Below, one piece after another: positions 28,101-39,090 of a DNA stretch of 64,000 nt. The position numbers were made by a program, and so were the translations under genes. The DNA lies in contig JAUCBJ010004605.1 in assembly GCA_032718475.1 (NCBI GenBank), positions 1-64,000 on the forward strand. Direction: 5' to 3'. The notes below the pieces were generated by a model, which was not told the origin of the DNA, did not search any database, and saw only the letters and a program-made list of their open reading frames with translations. The stretch is from Nemertoderma westbladi. Lineage: Eukaryota; Animalia; Xenacoelomorpha. Every line of letters begins with the position of its first letter. Within the stretch, counting starts at the first letter, position 1.

Positions 28101-31100
28101 ACACAGGTGAGTAGCGAACGAGTGGAGAACATTACACGAAACATACACAGGTGAGTAGAGAACATTACACGAAACATACACAGGTGAGTAGCGAACATTA
28201 CACGAAACATACACAGGTGAGTAGCGAACATTACACGAAACATACACAGGTGAGTAGCGAACGAGTGGAGAACATTACACGAAACATACACAGGTGAGTA
28301 GCGAACATTACACGAAACATACACAGGTGAGTAGCGAACGAGTGGAGAACATTACACGAAACATACACAGGTGAGTAGCGAACGTGTGGAGAACATTACA
28401 CGAAACATACACAGGTGAGTAGCGAACATTACACGAAACATACACAGGTGAGTAGAGAACATTACACGAAACATACACAGGTGAGTGGAGAACATTACAC
28501 GAAACATACACAGGTGAGTGGAGAACATTACACGAAACATACACAGGTGAGTAGCGAACATTACACGAAACATACACAGGTGGGTGGAGAACATTACACG
28601 AAACATACACAGGTGAGTAGCGAACGAGTGGAGAACATTACACGAAACATACACAGGTGAGTAGCGAACGAGTGGAGAACATTACACGAAACATACACAG
28701 GTGAGTAGAGAACATTACACGAAACATACACAGGTGAGTAGCGAACATTACACGAAACATACACAGGTGAGTAGCGAACGAGTGGAGAACATTACACGAA
28801 ACATACACAGGTGAGTAGAGAACATTACACGAAACATACACAGGTGAGTAGAGAACATTACACGAAACATACACAGGTGAGTAGAGAACATTACACGAAA
28901 CATACACAGGTGAGTAGAGAACATTACACGAAACATACACAGGTGAGTAGAGAACATTACACGAAACATACACAGGTGAGTAGAGAACATTACACGAAAC
29001 ATACACAGGTGAGTAGCGAACATTACACGAAACATACACAGGTGAGTAGAGAACATTACACGAAACATACACAGGTGAGTAGAGAACATTACACGAAACA
29101 TACACAGGTGAGTAGCGAACATTACACGAAACATACACAGGTGAGTAGAGAACATTACACGAAACATACACAGGTGAGTAGCGAACGAGTGGAGAACATT
29201 ACACGAAACATACACAGGTGAGTAGAGAACATTACACGAAACATACACAGGTGAGTAGAGAACATTACACGAAACATACACAGGTGAGTAGCGAACATTA
29301 CACGAAACATACACAGGTGAGTAGAGAACATTACACGAAACATACACAGGTGAGTAGAGAACATTACACGAAACATACACAGGTGAGTAGCGAACATTAC
29401 ACGAAACATACACAGGTGAGTAGAGAACATTACACGAAACATACACAGGTGAGTAGCGAACGAGTGGAGAACATTACACGAAACATACACAGGTGAGTAG
29501 AGAACATTACACGAAACATACACAGGTGAGTAGCGAACATTACACGAAACATACACAGGTGAGTAGCGAACGAGTGGAGAACATTACACGAAACATACAC
29601 AGGTGAGTAGAGAACATTACACGAAACATACACAGGTGAGTAGAGAACATTACACGAAACATACACAGGTGAGTGGAGAACATTACACGAAACATACACA
29701 GGTGAGTAGAGAACATTACACGAAACATACACAGGTGAGTAGCGAACATTACACGAAACATACACAGGTGAGTGGAGAACATTACACGAAACATACACAG
29801 GTGAGTGGAGAACATTACACGAAACATACACAGGTGAGTAGCGAACATTACACGAAACATACACAGGTGAGTAGCGAACATTACACGAAACATACACAGG
29901 TGAGTAGCGAACATTACACGAAACATACACAGGTGAGTAGAGAACATTACACGAAACATACACAGGTGAGTAGAGAACATTACACGAAACATACACAGGT
30001 GAGTGGAGAACATTACACGAAACATACACAGGTGAGTGGAGAACATTACACGAAACATACACAGGTGAGTAGAGAACATTACACGAAACATACACAGGTG
30101 AGTAGCGAACGAGTGGAGAACATTACACGAAACATACACAGGTGAGTAGAGAACATTACACGAAACATACACAGGTGAGTAGCGAACGAGTGGAGAACAT
30201 TACACGAAACATACACAGGTGAGTAGCGAACGAGTGGAGAACATTACACGAAACATACACAGGTGAGTAGAGAACGAGTAGAGAACATTACACGAAACAT
30301 ACACAGGTGAGTAGAGAACGAGTAGAGAACATTACACGAAACATACACAGGTGAGTAGCGAACATTACACGAAACATACACAGGTGAGTAGCGAACATTA
30401 CACGAAACATACACAGGTGAGTAGAGAACATTACACGAAACATACACAGGTGAGTGGAGAACATTACACGAAACATACACAGGTGAGTAGAGAACATTAC
30501 ACGAAACATACACAGGTGAGTAGCGAACGAGTGGAGAACATTACACGAAACATACACAGGTGAGTAGAGAACATTACACGAAACATACACAGGTGAGTAG
30601 CGAACGAGTGGAGAACATTACACGAAACATACACAGGTGAGTAGCGAACGAGTGGAGAACATTACACGAAACATACACAGGTGAGTAGAGAACGAGTAGA
30701 GAACATTACACGAAACATACACAGGTGAGTAGAGAACGAGTAGAGAACATTACACGAAACATACACAGGTGAGTAGCGAACATTACACGAAACATACACA
30801 GGTGAGTAGCGAACATTACACGAAACATACACAGGTGAGTAGAGAACATTACACGAAACATACACAGGTGAGTGGAGAACATTACACGAAACATACACAG
30901 GTGAGTAGAGAACATTACACGAAACATACACAGGTGAGTAGAGAACATTACACGAAACATACACAGGTGAGTAGAGAACATTACACGAAACATACACAGG
31001 TGAGTAGAGAACATTACACGAAACATACACAGGTGAGTAGAGAACATTACACGAAACATACACAGGTGAGTAGAGAACATTACACGAAACATACACAGGT

Positions 31101-31988
31101 GAGTAGAGAACATTACACGAAACATACACAGGTGAGTAGAGAACATTACACGAAACATACACAGGTGAGTAGAGAACATTACACGAAACATACACAGGTG
31201 AGTAGCGAACGAGTAAAGATATAAAATTTATCATACAGTACATCAGCAAACAGTTCATACGAATACAGTCTTACCTTAAGTAAATAATATATTATTTAAA
31301 ACAACAATGATACACACTTCAGGCTCTTCGGTTGTGAACCTTATAAGATTGTCGCTTGAATTTTTTTCACCAGGGCCAAATGGACGACCAGGGGTTTGGC
31401 AACGGTTGGCAATGCATCAAGGGTATTCGCATCTGTTCTTACAAGAATTGCTCGGTAACAATGAAACGACATTACCATTGTACGAAGCAAGGCTGTTATT
31501 ACACTACTGTTAATCTCAGAATGTTTCCTGCGCACGTAAGGCGTCATCTTTCAAGCGAGATACGGTGAGTAAGATTCCTCTCGCTCTCAATATAATTGAA
31601 CTCCAGAACCAAATAGAACTACATAAAATCACAGACAATGTCAAATTTGTGTGTCTTTAAAAAAAATTAATCTTTTGTCCGCAGTTGTTTGTCCGGGTTT
31701 GAGCATTTCCCGAAGAAAGTTGATTGTCAACGCCAGGGATGTATTTACAACAGAATCTCGGCTCATTACCATTGCACAAGAAGTGATTGCAAATTCTCAT
31801 TTCAATTCTATGGGCAGATGGATACCCACAGGTAAACAATAAACTCTTAATACTGGTTGATTATTTCAGTGACGTTTGTTTATGTTGTGGGGCGAGCCAC
31901 GAAGTTGGCGGAGCCTTAGCGAATTGACACTGTTAGGGGGTGGGTCAATTTATGCAAATAGTTGTCGTCGTCGTCGTCGTCGTCGTTG

Positions 31989-32020
<32 letters not shown>

Positions 32021-35000
32021 GTCGTTACGATTTTGACATGCTAATAACTTTGTCGGATTTAAAGCTGCCAAGTTGAAAATTTGTAGGTATCAATATGAGC
32101 AAAAGTTGAGATTTTTGAGAGACTTTCAGACACCATCAGTGCAATGGTCTCCCGCTAGAGGGCCACATGTCTAAACATTAAATGCCCTCCCATTTCTTTG
32201 CTTTTAATCCGTTTAAGCTGAAACTTGGCAGATATGTATTAGACCATTAGCTGTGACTTTCAAAGGAGGCGAATCCATCTGCAGTTCTCCAGTCTGCCGC
32301 TAGAGGGCCAAAGGTCTGAAAGTGAAATCGTTGTCGTCGTTACGATTTTGACATGCTAATAACTTTGTCGGATTTAAAGCTGCCAAGTTGAAAATTTGTA
32401 GGTATCAATATGAGCAAAAGTTGAGATTTTTGAGAGACTTTCAGACACCATCAGTGCAATGGTCTCCCGCTAGAGGGCCACATGTCTAAACATTAAATGG
32501 CCACCCATTTCTTTGCTTTTAATCCGTTTAAGCTGAAACTTGGGAAGTATGTACTAGACCATTAGCTGTAAATTTCAAAGGAGGCTAATCTGTCTGCAGT
32601 TCTCCAGTCTGCCGCTAGAGGGCGAAATGTCCCGAATGTGAAATTATTCTTCCATTTAGTTGTTTATGATGTGATTACGCTGAAACTTGTCATATATGTA
32701 CTAGATGACATCCTGAGTCTTTGTGTGGATTGTAATCGGTCCGAAGTTTTCCAGTCTGCCGGTAGAGGGCCACATGTCTAAACATTAAATGGCCACCCAT
32801 TTCTTTGCTTTTAATCCGTTTAAGCTGAAACTTGGGAAGTATGTACTAGACCATTAGCTGTAAATTTCAAAGGAGGCTAATCTGTCTGCAGCTCTCCAGT
32901 CTGCCGCTAGAGGGCGAAATGTCCCGAATGTGAAATTATTCTTCCATTTAGTTGTTTATGATCTGATTACGCTGAAACTTGTCATATATGTACTAGATGA
33001 CATCCTGAGTCTTTGTGTGGATTGTAATCGGTCCGAAGTTTTCCAGTCTGCCGGTAGAGGGCCACATGTCTAAACATTAAATGGCCACCCATTTCTTTGC
33101 TTTTAATCCGTTTAAGCTGAAACTTGGGAAGTATGTACTAGACCATTAGCTGTAAATTTCAAAGGAGGCTAATCTGTCTGCAGTTCTCCAGTCTGCCGCT
33201 AGAGGGCAAAATGTCCCGAAAGTGAAATTAATCTCCCATTTAGTTATTTATGATCTGATCAAGCTGAAACTTGTCATATATGTACTACTGTAGAAGACAT
33301 CCTAAGTCTTTGTGTGGACAGTAATCGGTCCGGAGTTTTCGAGTCTGCCGCTAGAGGGCGAAATGTAGGAAAGGAATAACCTTCGCGAATTCCTTGATCT
33401 TAATCTATTTAAGCTGAATTTTGGAATATACAGTACCGGTATGTACTAGACCACATGCCTCGTCTTTGTGAGGAAGGTGATCGATCCGTAGTTCTTTAAT
33501 ATGCCGCTAGAGGGCTAAATGTATGAAAGTGAAAACCTTCCAACATTTCGTTATTTATGATCCGTCAATCGGAAACTTGGTAGATATGTAATAGACCATA
33601 GGCTGTGGCTTTGTAGGGAAACTAATCCTTCCTTCTTCAGTTACCCAGTCTCCCGCTAGAGGGTTAACGTTTTCCGGGAAAATCTTCTCCTATGTTTTTA
33701 TAATCCTTTCGAGTTGATACTTAGCATTAACTCATTTCACGTGCTGCGCGAAGGCCCCACTTCGTGTATTATAATACATACTTTTTTACTTACAGAACTG
33801 TAAATAAAATCCATTAAATATAATCGTCGATGTTCGTATTATTTTGGTTTCAGATTGTCCCACGTTGTCTGAGATTGAGACTTTTGGGGGGCGAGCCAAA
33901 TTTATGATTTACTATATGATTGATTGACTTTTTTTCAGCCGAAAGCACGCAAGAAAGTCGACTAGTAGTGCCCAAAGGGAAGGAGATGCTACCTCGAGTA
34001 ATGCAACTATTAGTGGAGGATTTATTGAGAACTTGGGGGATCCAGAAACAGATGCAATAGACCTGAGCGAAGAAGGACCGACAACCGGCAGTCTGCCAGC
34101 GGCAGAGTCTAGAGTGTCAATCGCGGAATCAGTCCCAATGAACAATACGTTTAACGAACCGGGAAGCGAATCGACACTGTTTCCTTTCAGTTGGACGATA
34201 CCAGGTGTGATTCCGCCGGCGGGAGAGCAACCTCTACCGAGTGTAGTGCAGTTGGCTACTCTGGGAGTCCCGGATCATGGACGCAGTGTGGGAGCAGATG
34301 TCGCGCGCAGTGTGGGAGCAGATATCGGACGCAGTGTGGGAGGAGATATCGGACGCAGTGTGGGAAGAGATATCGGACGCAGTGTGGGAGGAGATATCGG
34401 ACGAGGAGATATCGGACGCAGTGTGGGAGGAGATATCGGACGAGGAGATATCGGACGAGGAGATATCGGACGCAGTGTGGGAGGAGATATCGGACGAGGA
34501 GATATCGGACGCAGTGTGGGAGGAGATATCGGACGCAGTGTGGGAGGAGATATCGGACGCAGTGTGGGAAGAGATATCGGACGCAGTGTGGGAGGAGATA
34601 TCGGACGCAGTGTGGGAGGAGATATCGGACGCAGTGTGGGAGGAGATATCGGACGAGGAGATATCGGACGCAGTGTGGGAGGAGATATCGGACGAGGAGA
34701 TATCGGACGCAGTGTGGGAGGAGATATCGGACGCAGTGTGGGAGGAGATATCGGACGAGGAGATATCGGACGCAGTGTGGGAGGAGATATCGGACGCAGT
34801 GTGGGAGGAGATATCGGACGCAGTGTGGGAGGAGATATCGGACGCAGTGTGGGAGGAGATATCGGACGAGGAGATATCGGACGCAGTGTGGGAGGAGATA
34901 TCGGACGCAGTGTGGGAGGAGATATCGGACGAGGAGATATCGGACGCAGTGTGGGAGGAGATATCGGACGCAGTGTGGGAGGAGATATCGGACGAGGAGA

Positions 35001-36525
35001 TATCGGACGCAGTGTGGGAGGAGATATCGGACGCAGTGTGGGAGGTGATATCGGACGAGGAGATATCGGACGAGGAGATATCGGACGAGGAGATATCGGA
35101 CGCAGTGTGGGAGGAGATATCGGACGCAGTGTGGGAGGTGATATCGGACGAGGAGATATCGGACGAGGAGATATCGGACGAGGAGATATCGGACGCAGTG
35201 TGGGAGGAGATATCGGACGAGGAGATATCGGACGCAGTGTGGGAGGAGATATCGGACGCAGTGTGGGAGCAGATTTACCCGGATGTAGTGTGAAGACACC
35301 AAACACAGGAATTATGTTGAGTGGCACCGGCTTCAGTTACAATAACAGCCAATACGTAACTGGAATTAGTAATCTTTCTTCGAAAATTGAAAATGCCGGT
35401 CATCCTTTACGAAAATCAGTCACACAAGTTTATCATTCTAACCTATCTGTCAATCATAACAATCTACCGACCAACCTATCTGTAAAACCAAGCAACTTTC
35501 CGACCAACCTATTTGTCAAACCTAGCAATTTTCCGACCAACCTATCTGTAAAACCTAACAGTCTCCCGACCAACCTAACTATCAAAGACAATCTTCCGAC
35601 CAACCTATCTGTAAAACCTAACAATCTCCCGACCAACCTAACTATCAAAGACAATCTACCGACCAACCTAACTATCAAAGACAATCTCCCGACCAACCTA
35701 ACTGTCGAACCTAGCAATCTACCGACCAACCTAACTGTCGAACCTAGCAATCTACCGACCAACCTAACTATCAAAGACAATCTCCCGACCAACCTAACTA
35801 TCAAAGACAATCTACCGACCAACCTAACTATCAAAGACAATCTACCGACCACCCTAACTATCAAAGACAATCTACCGACCACCCTAACTATCAAAGACAA
35901 TTTACCGACCAACCTAACTGTCAAACCTAGCAATCTACCGACCAACCTAACTTTGTTCAAACCGAACAATCTAATGACGTCAATATCATCATATACATTA
36001 AATAACAATAACAATTGGGACTTTTCATTGGCAAATAATACAGAGAGTGATAAAAGACCACTGGACAAGGAGGAGGTTCCTCTAGATCTTACAGAAGTTT
36101 GTCAAACGAAACCGATAAAACGCCTCAAGATTCAAAACGATATGGGAATCGCTAAAGTTGCTCATAAAAGGGAAGATATTGTCGGGTCAAGTGATCACAA
36201 AACGGGAAATTTAACTTTCAAGCAAAGGGAAGACCTGCATAATTACGAGAAACGATTCTTTTACTTCCTTCAATACGTCAAAGACAAAGCGTTGGAGGCG
36301 GCAGTTAGAGGCATAAGTAGTGACAGTAAAATCACCAGCAAAGCAGATAAATTGATAGCAGATGGTGTCCCTAATGGTTCCCAGTCTACTACTGATGGCA
36401 CAGGACTGACAGGTACTCAACAACTAACAAACTCTCGCGAGAAATCGCAACGATTAGTTGAGACTGGGGATAACAACGATCCTTGTAAATCATCGACCGA
36501 CTCTGGCAGTAATACAAGATATTAA
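12090..36525 (+). CDS. cas: Castor / CASZ1-family zinc-finger transcription factor, 12 coding exons, about 1,847 aa (whole-gene span)
   Basis: Joined exons: 12090-13128, 14395-14621, 15931-16095, 16452-16624, 16753-16886, 17024-17293, 18769-19103, 19286-19428, 19724-19856, 31374-31564, 31685-31831, 33939-36525. All introns are GT-AG with matching phases; total 5,544 nt. Peptides [58 protein letters not shown] and HKRKHER match the CASZ1/castor Cys2-His2-Cys2-His2 repeat as I recall it. The 5' end is uncertain. Confidence 0.9.
13237..13510. mobile_element. MITE / foldback element with about 65-bp imperfect terminal inverted repeats (castor intron 1)
   Basis: Left end CTTTTTCGAGAGCAAACTTT...CATTTAGACATG; right end CATGTCTAAATG...AAAGTTTGCTCTCGAAAAAAG. 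Internal TTTTGACATGTCAAAA palindrome. No clear TSD identified. Confidence 0.75.
14395..14621 (+). CDS. cas: castor exon 2 (start of finger 1: CGVPFC...HFHCKSAGC)
   Basis: CCTTCCATAG|GA acceptor; ATG|GTGAGT donor, phase 0. Confidence 0.9.
14610..15671 (+). repeat. Intronic minisatellite, 28-bp unit GTTACAATATG|GTGAGTTGTGTGATAAT (28-40 bp variants): amplified exon-2 end plus donor
   Basis: The first unit overlaps the real exon/intron junction at 14621/14622. Confidence 0.95.
15931..16095 (+). CDS. cas: castor exon 3
   Basis: TTTAG|AAA ... CAG|GTAAAC; [29 protein letters not shown]...HTHYHCLQ. Confidence 0.93.
16452..16624 (+). CDS. cas: castor exon 4
   Basis: CCCTTGCAG|AAA ... CT|GTAAGT; [20 protein letters not shown]...TTHFHC. 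Confidence 0.94.
16753..16886 (+). CDS. cas: castor exon 5
   Basis: TTACAG|G ... G|GTAATT; [21 protein letters not shown]...[14 protein letters not shown]. Not in the ORF track. Confidence 0.93.
17024..17293 (+). CDS. cas: castor exon 6
   Basis: AAATAG|GG ... CAG|GTAGGT; [37 protein letters not shown]. Not in the ORF track. Confidence 0.92.
18227..18430. mobile_element. Possible short non-autonomous element remnant with a (GTTT)n microsatellite and GTTGCTAGG...CCTAGCAAC hairpin
   Basis: Short stem, microsatellite and hairpin layout resembling HINE/DINE-type elements. Boundaries uncertain. Confidence 0.35.
18769..19103 (+). CDS. cas: castor exon 7 (linker)
   Basis: CATTAG|AT ... AAG|GTTAGC; open frame, phases match both neighbours. 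Confidence 0.8.
19286..19428 (+). CDS. cas: castor exon 8 (linker)
   Basis: TTTCAG|GGA ... AA|GTAAGT; open frame, phase 0 to phase 2. Confidence 0.8.
19724..19856 (+). CDS. cas: castor exon 9 (finger 5: CSAKKC...HVHCTEYLC...HYTKH)
   Basis: TGTTACAG|A acceptor. First CAG|GTGAGT donor at 19857; further in-frame donors at 19890, 19923 and 19956. Confidence 0.88.
19830..31219 (+). repeat. 11.4-kb intronic satellite of 33-bp and 44-bp units (GAACATTACACGAAACATACACAG|GTGAGTRG...): amplified exon-9 end plus donor
   Basis: Directly visible; the first unit is the real exon end. It fills about 99% of intron 9 (19857-31373). Roughly 300 units estimated from length, not counted. Confidence 0.98.
31374..31564 (+). 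CDS. cas: castor exon 10 (finger 6)
   Basis: TTTTTTTCACCAG|GGC ... CG|GTGAGT; CSYKNC...HYHCTKQGC...HVRRH. Confidence 0.9.
31685..31831 (+). CDS. cas: castor exon 11 (finger 7)
   Basis: TTTTGTCCGCAG|T ... AG|GTAAAC; [16 protein letters not shown]...[13 protein letters not shown]...DTH. Correct frame is not in the ORF track. Confidence 0.9.
31876..33787 (+). mobile_element. Non-autonomous HINE/Helentron-like element with a (GTC)n microsatellite and a central array of about 146-bp repeats
   Basis: 5' GTGGGGC...CACGAAG versus 3' GCCCCAC-TTCGTG short inverted repeats; (GTC)n at 31961-32024; 11 diverged units; 3' palindrome GTATTATAATAC followed by a T run. Family assignment is inferred from architecture. 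Confidence 0.6.
33939..36525 (+). CDS. cas: castor terminal exon 12 (completes finger 7; long repeat-rich tail; PLDLT motif)
   Basis: TTTTTTTCAG|C completes H-S-R-K-H and is in frame with ORF 34033-36525; stop TAA. Confidence 0.82.
34279..35274 (+). repeat. Coding tandem repeat, 24-bp (RSVGGDIG) and 15-bp (RGDIG) units
   Basis: Both unit lengths are multiples of 3; frame preserved. Confidence 0.95.
35455..35950 (+). repeat. Coding tandem repeat, 30/33-bp units ([10 protein letters not shown] / [11 protein letters not shown])
   Basis: Visible in DNA and protein. Confidence 0.93.
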
Positions 36526-36879
36526 TTAGCAATAGATTAATAAATTCGCATTAATAATATAGGTGGTTGAAACTGAATAATAATATCCAAAGATAACAAT
36601 TAAAAGAAAGTAAATATAATGAAAGGTTTGCGATTGGGATGTTGTGTTGTTTGGATTGTTTAGATGTCTTATCTAGCGTAAAAACGAATGTGCCTAATAA
36701 TTAATAATTAATAGTTCACTACTATTTATTGAAATTATAAACTACTATGGACAGCTATGTTTGATTTGCGTTTTGTTTTGTAATAACAGAAGGAACATAT
36801 GCCCGATAACAGTCACGAGGTCTAGACCTGGATCCTTCATATTCTTCTGCGAACATTTACTATTATACATAGGTTAGTT

Positions 36880-37858
36880 ATTTAATAGCGGCTACAGCGG
36901 CCAAGAATGCAGTTAAGGCTGCATCTAGGTCCCTGAACAGGCAGTACTCGGTTAATTTACAGGAGCTAATAAACCAACAGGTTGATGCCATCAATGATGC
37001 TGACGACAGCAGGCAATCATCCCAGGCATGGAAATCGATCAATTTGCTTACTGGGCGGAAAAGCCAACCAACCACCAAGGTTAAGGCTGAATCACCAGCC
37101 GATCGCCTCAATGGTTGGAAAGCCCACTTTGAAAAGCTCCTCAATAATGACAGGGTATTGCCTGATAACTTTATAGAAGTAAAAGTGTCTGAGTCTGTAC
37201 TCCCAGATATTCCCATTGGCGATATCTCCTTTGCAGAAGTGAAGGCTGCTGCAAAGAGCATTAAGACCAATCGTGCCAGTGGAGTAGATGGTGTTCCCCC
37301 TGAGGTCTTTAAAATACCTGAGTGTTTAAAGCTCATCTATCCCATCATAGTAGACATGTACCGAACAACAAGAGTCCCACAAGAAATGAAAACAAATAAG
37401 TTGGTGCCAGTTCCCAAGAAGGGCAACCTAACACTCTATGGTTCTTTTCGGGGAATCTCATTGATCTCGATTGCTGCAAAGCTATACAATAGGATTCTAT
37501 TAAATCGCATCAGGATCCCATTGAGAGACTGCACCGTGGAAATCAGAATGGGTTCCGTAAAGGTCGTGGGACCATGGAGCCCATTTTGGCACTTAGAAGG
37601 ATAATTGAAGAATTATCAAAAAAGAAAGACAGGCAGGCATCTGGCTGTTATCTTTGTTGACTTCTTCAAGGCCTTTGATTCAGTCTCTCGCTCACGTATG
37701 TTCAGCATACTTTCATTATATGGGATTCCTGATGAAATTATTGCAGCAATCAGATCAGTATACGATGGTTCGACAACATTTGTGTCTACTGTTGATGGTG
37801 ACACAGAACCATTTGAAGTGTTATGGGGCGTCCTCCAAGGAGACACACTTGCACCATT
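36880..37858 (+). mobile_element. 5'-truncated non-LTR retrotransposon (RTE-like), left half of RT, frameshifted
   Basis: ASGVDGVP, PVPKKGNL, FRGISLISIAAKLYNRILLNRI, FVDFFKAFDSV, GVLQGDTLAPF motifs; frameshift near 37530. Clade assignment is tentative. Confidence 0.88.
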
Positions 37859-39012
37859 TGTTCGCGCTTTTAGACCTTTGGCAGTTTAACCCGCCAAATT
37901 ATGATGTCTTCTAGATAATAAATCACTTTTAGTCTATGACAAGTATTTAATTCACTACACTAGTCGAAACCAATCTGTGCGCGATCATTCACCCGCTGGA
38001 TATACCCGGGAGATTGGGTTCGACGGCTTAATCTTATTGCTATGTAAGCCTAATGTATTATTCGACTGACAGTATTATATAATTTCTGACAATATTATTC
38101 ACCTTCGGGGAATATTAACAGTTCCTTTAGGACGTGGCGCTCTATTTATACAAACAGAGTTATGACTTAAACTACTCACAACGATATGGCTTAGTTATAA
38201 TTCACATATATGGCGCATTCTTTAGGAAATGCTTCGTTATCAGGTTCACCCATACACAATGCTGCACAATACTGCACACTAATCTGCCGATCTTCACTGA
38301 TTTTAGTCACATATAAAAGGAACACGGACCGAATCATGTAGGGTCTATCAAATAACATTAGATTCACTTCAAACCACTTTAACATAAGTCACAATCGTTA
38401 TATGTAACCTTTCTCTCTTACCTTCGGTATATCAAGAATATTGGGTTTCGGGGTTATTTATCGTTATTCCAAATATAATAATTCATCAACCATATTATGA
38501 AGAACTGACAGTAAATAGCAGTATAACAATATAAAGTATACACAGGTTGTTTGATTAGGTATGGTATGTTATGTTGTGATAAATGCAGTGATAACGGATA
38601 TATGCCCTTTATAATTAAGCCTACTAGTGTTAGACTAAATCAGAAAAGCACAAAATATTTACAAGCCGTTCTCTCCTGGCTTAGGAAAGAAAGACCAACA
38701 ACACTGAAAACTGATAAGAATAACCTTATTTACAAAGGGTTCCACCCAACACAGAGAAAGAGCATAAAGATAGGAAAATTCAGTTCAGTAGATCTGTGAT
38801 AGGTCGAAATCAAAATCAACTCAAATTCTATTGGGAGATACTTTCCCAAGCTAGTTGGACAATCAAACGTAGCCCAGATCCCTTCGCACAGCGAATCAGC
38901 CAATCAGCCGGTAGCTTGTGCTATTCGAGTTATAGATCCCTTTTTAGAGTATTCTAGCGACTGGGGGGGAACTGGTTGCAAACGAATCAGTTATCCCACA
39001 AAAGCTTTTACA
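37859..39012 (-). repeat. 3' LTR (1,154 bp)
   Basis: TGTTCGCG...TTTTACA; preceded on the minus strand by a short purine-rich tract GGGAGCGG (39013-39020, PPT-like). Confidence 0.96.
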
Positions 39013-39090
39013 CCGCTCCCAGAAAATGGGATTTAAGTCTATAAAATATACAAAATCACAATTTCTAATATACATAAATACTCTAAACAG

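Noticed and set aside
19830-31219. CRISPR array (repeat length 33-44 bp)
   Set aside because: No unique spacers, no cas genes, and the context is a spliceosomal eukaryotic intron.
19708-31258. Dozens of ORFs on both strands ([29 protein letters not shown])
   Set aside because: These are translations of the satellite; only the first 1-4 units can be coding.
34191-35327. Alternative-frame ORFs ([24 protein letters not shown]) and RGD integrin motifs
   Set aside because: Shadows of the coding repeat. RGD is unlikely to matter in a nuclear factor.
38134-38799. Short ORFs duplicated at 54585-55250
   Set aside because: They lie inside the LTRs; the duplication reflects LTR identity, not conservation.
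39013-39030. tRNA PBS for a plus-strand element
   Set aside because: No TGG, gag-pol is on the minus strand, and the tract reads as a PPT (GGGAGCGG) on the minus strand.
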